64,000 nucleotides of DNA from Callorhinchus milii (Eukaryota), in NCBI RefSeq assembly GCF_018977255.1, contig NW_024704742.1, positions 35,776,001 through 35,840,000 of the forward strand. Direction: 5' to 3'. The stretch's first letter is position 1. Each line of letters begins with the position of its first letter. Shown here piece by piece: positions 63,573 through 64,000 of this stretch. The notes under the pieces were generated by a model. The model did no database searches and was not told where the DNA came from. It was given only the letters and a program-made list of their open reading frames with translations. The translations under genes and the position numbers were made by a program.

Positions 63573-64000
63573 ATTTTTCTTAGCTCAAGCTGAACCCTAG
63601 TTACCTGAAGTCAATGTGATGTCTGAATAGAACTGCACTAAAATCTATTTGAGATTTTGAAAGAATCTCTGAAAATTGCTTGTTGTAAGAAATGAGGCTT
63701 GCTGAAAAACACACGCATGAAAAGTCTTAAGTTTTATTTGAGCTTCAATAACTATTTTAAATTTAGAGAGAAGCAACATTTTTTAACATTACCATAATTT
63801 GTAAAATTATATTATAGTTTCTGAAACCCATTATTACCAGGGTTGGGCAATGATCCTTTCAAGTCTATAATTTTATCCTGTAGGGAGTTTTTTACTGAAA
63901 CCTAAATTAATACCCTGGACTTAAATTTAAAGAAACACTAGTGCTATTGTAAACTGCATTTAAATTGTGTCCAAACCCCAATACCACATTCCTTTGCTTA

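Noticed and set aside
63836..63920. CCAGGGT..ACCCTGG mini inverted repeat
   Set aside because: Only 7 bp and no target-site duplication
1..64000. CRISPR array, operon or prokaryotic/viral system
   Set aside because: No regularly spaced repeats or gene-dense segments; the sequence is vertebrate repeat-rich DNA throughout

Overview
AT-rich, CpG-poor vertebrate non-coding DNA (large intron or gene desert). The repeat content points to a cartilaginous fish, plausibly a holocephalan such as Callorhinchus; this is inference from recalled repeat families, not a database hit. No host protein-coding gene, rRNA, true tRNA or CRISPR array is supported. The ORFs in the track are chance frames or decayed retroelement fragments. 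The window is dominated by CR1 and L2 LINE fragments, a young tRNA-Ala-headed SINE with an L2-type (ATT)n tail, an older longer variant of it with a CORE-like centre, Deu-domain SINEs and LF-SINE-like copies. Less obvious items: a hAT-type MITE with 17-bp TIRs and an 8-bp TSD, a DIRS-type RT relic, a 93-bp insert with a degenerate Penelope-type minimal hammerhead ribozyme between 13-bp direct repeats, an unclassified four-copy repeat sharing one end, several inverted repeats, repeat-free CNE-like blocks and one candidate terminal exon. I found no convincing novel gene system. Element boundaries are by-eye estimates unless stated as exact.
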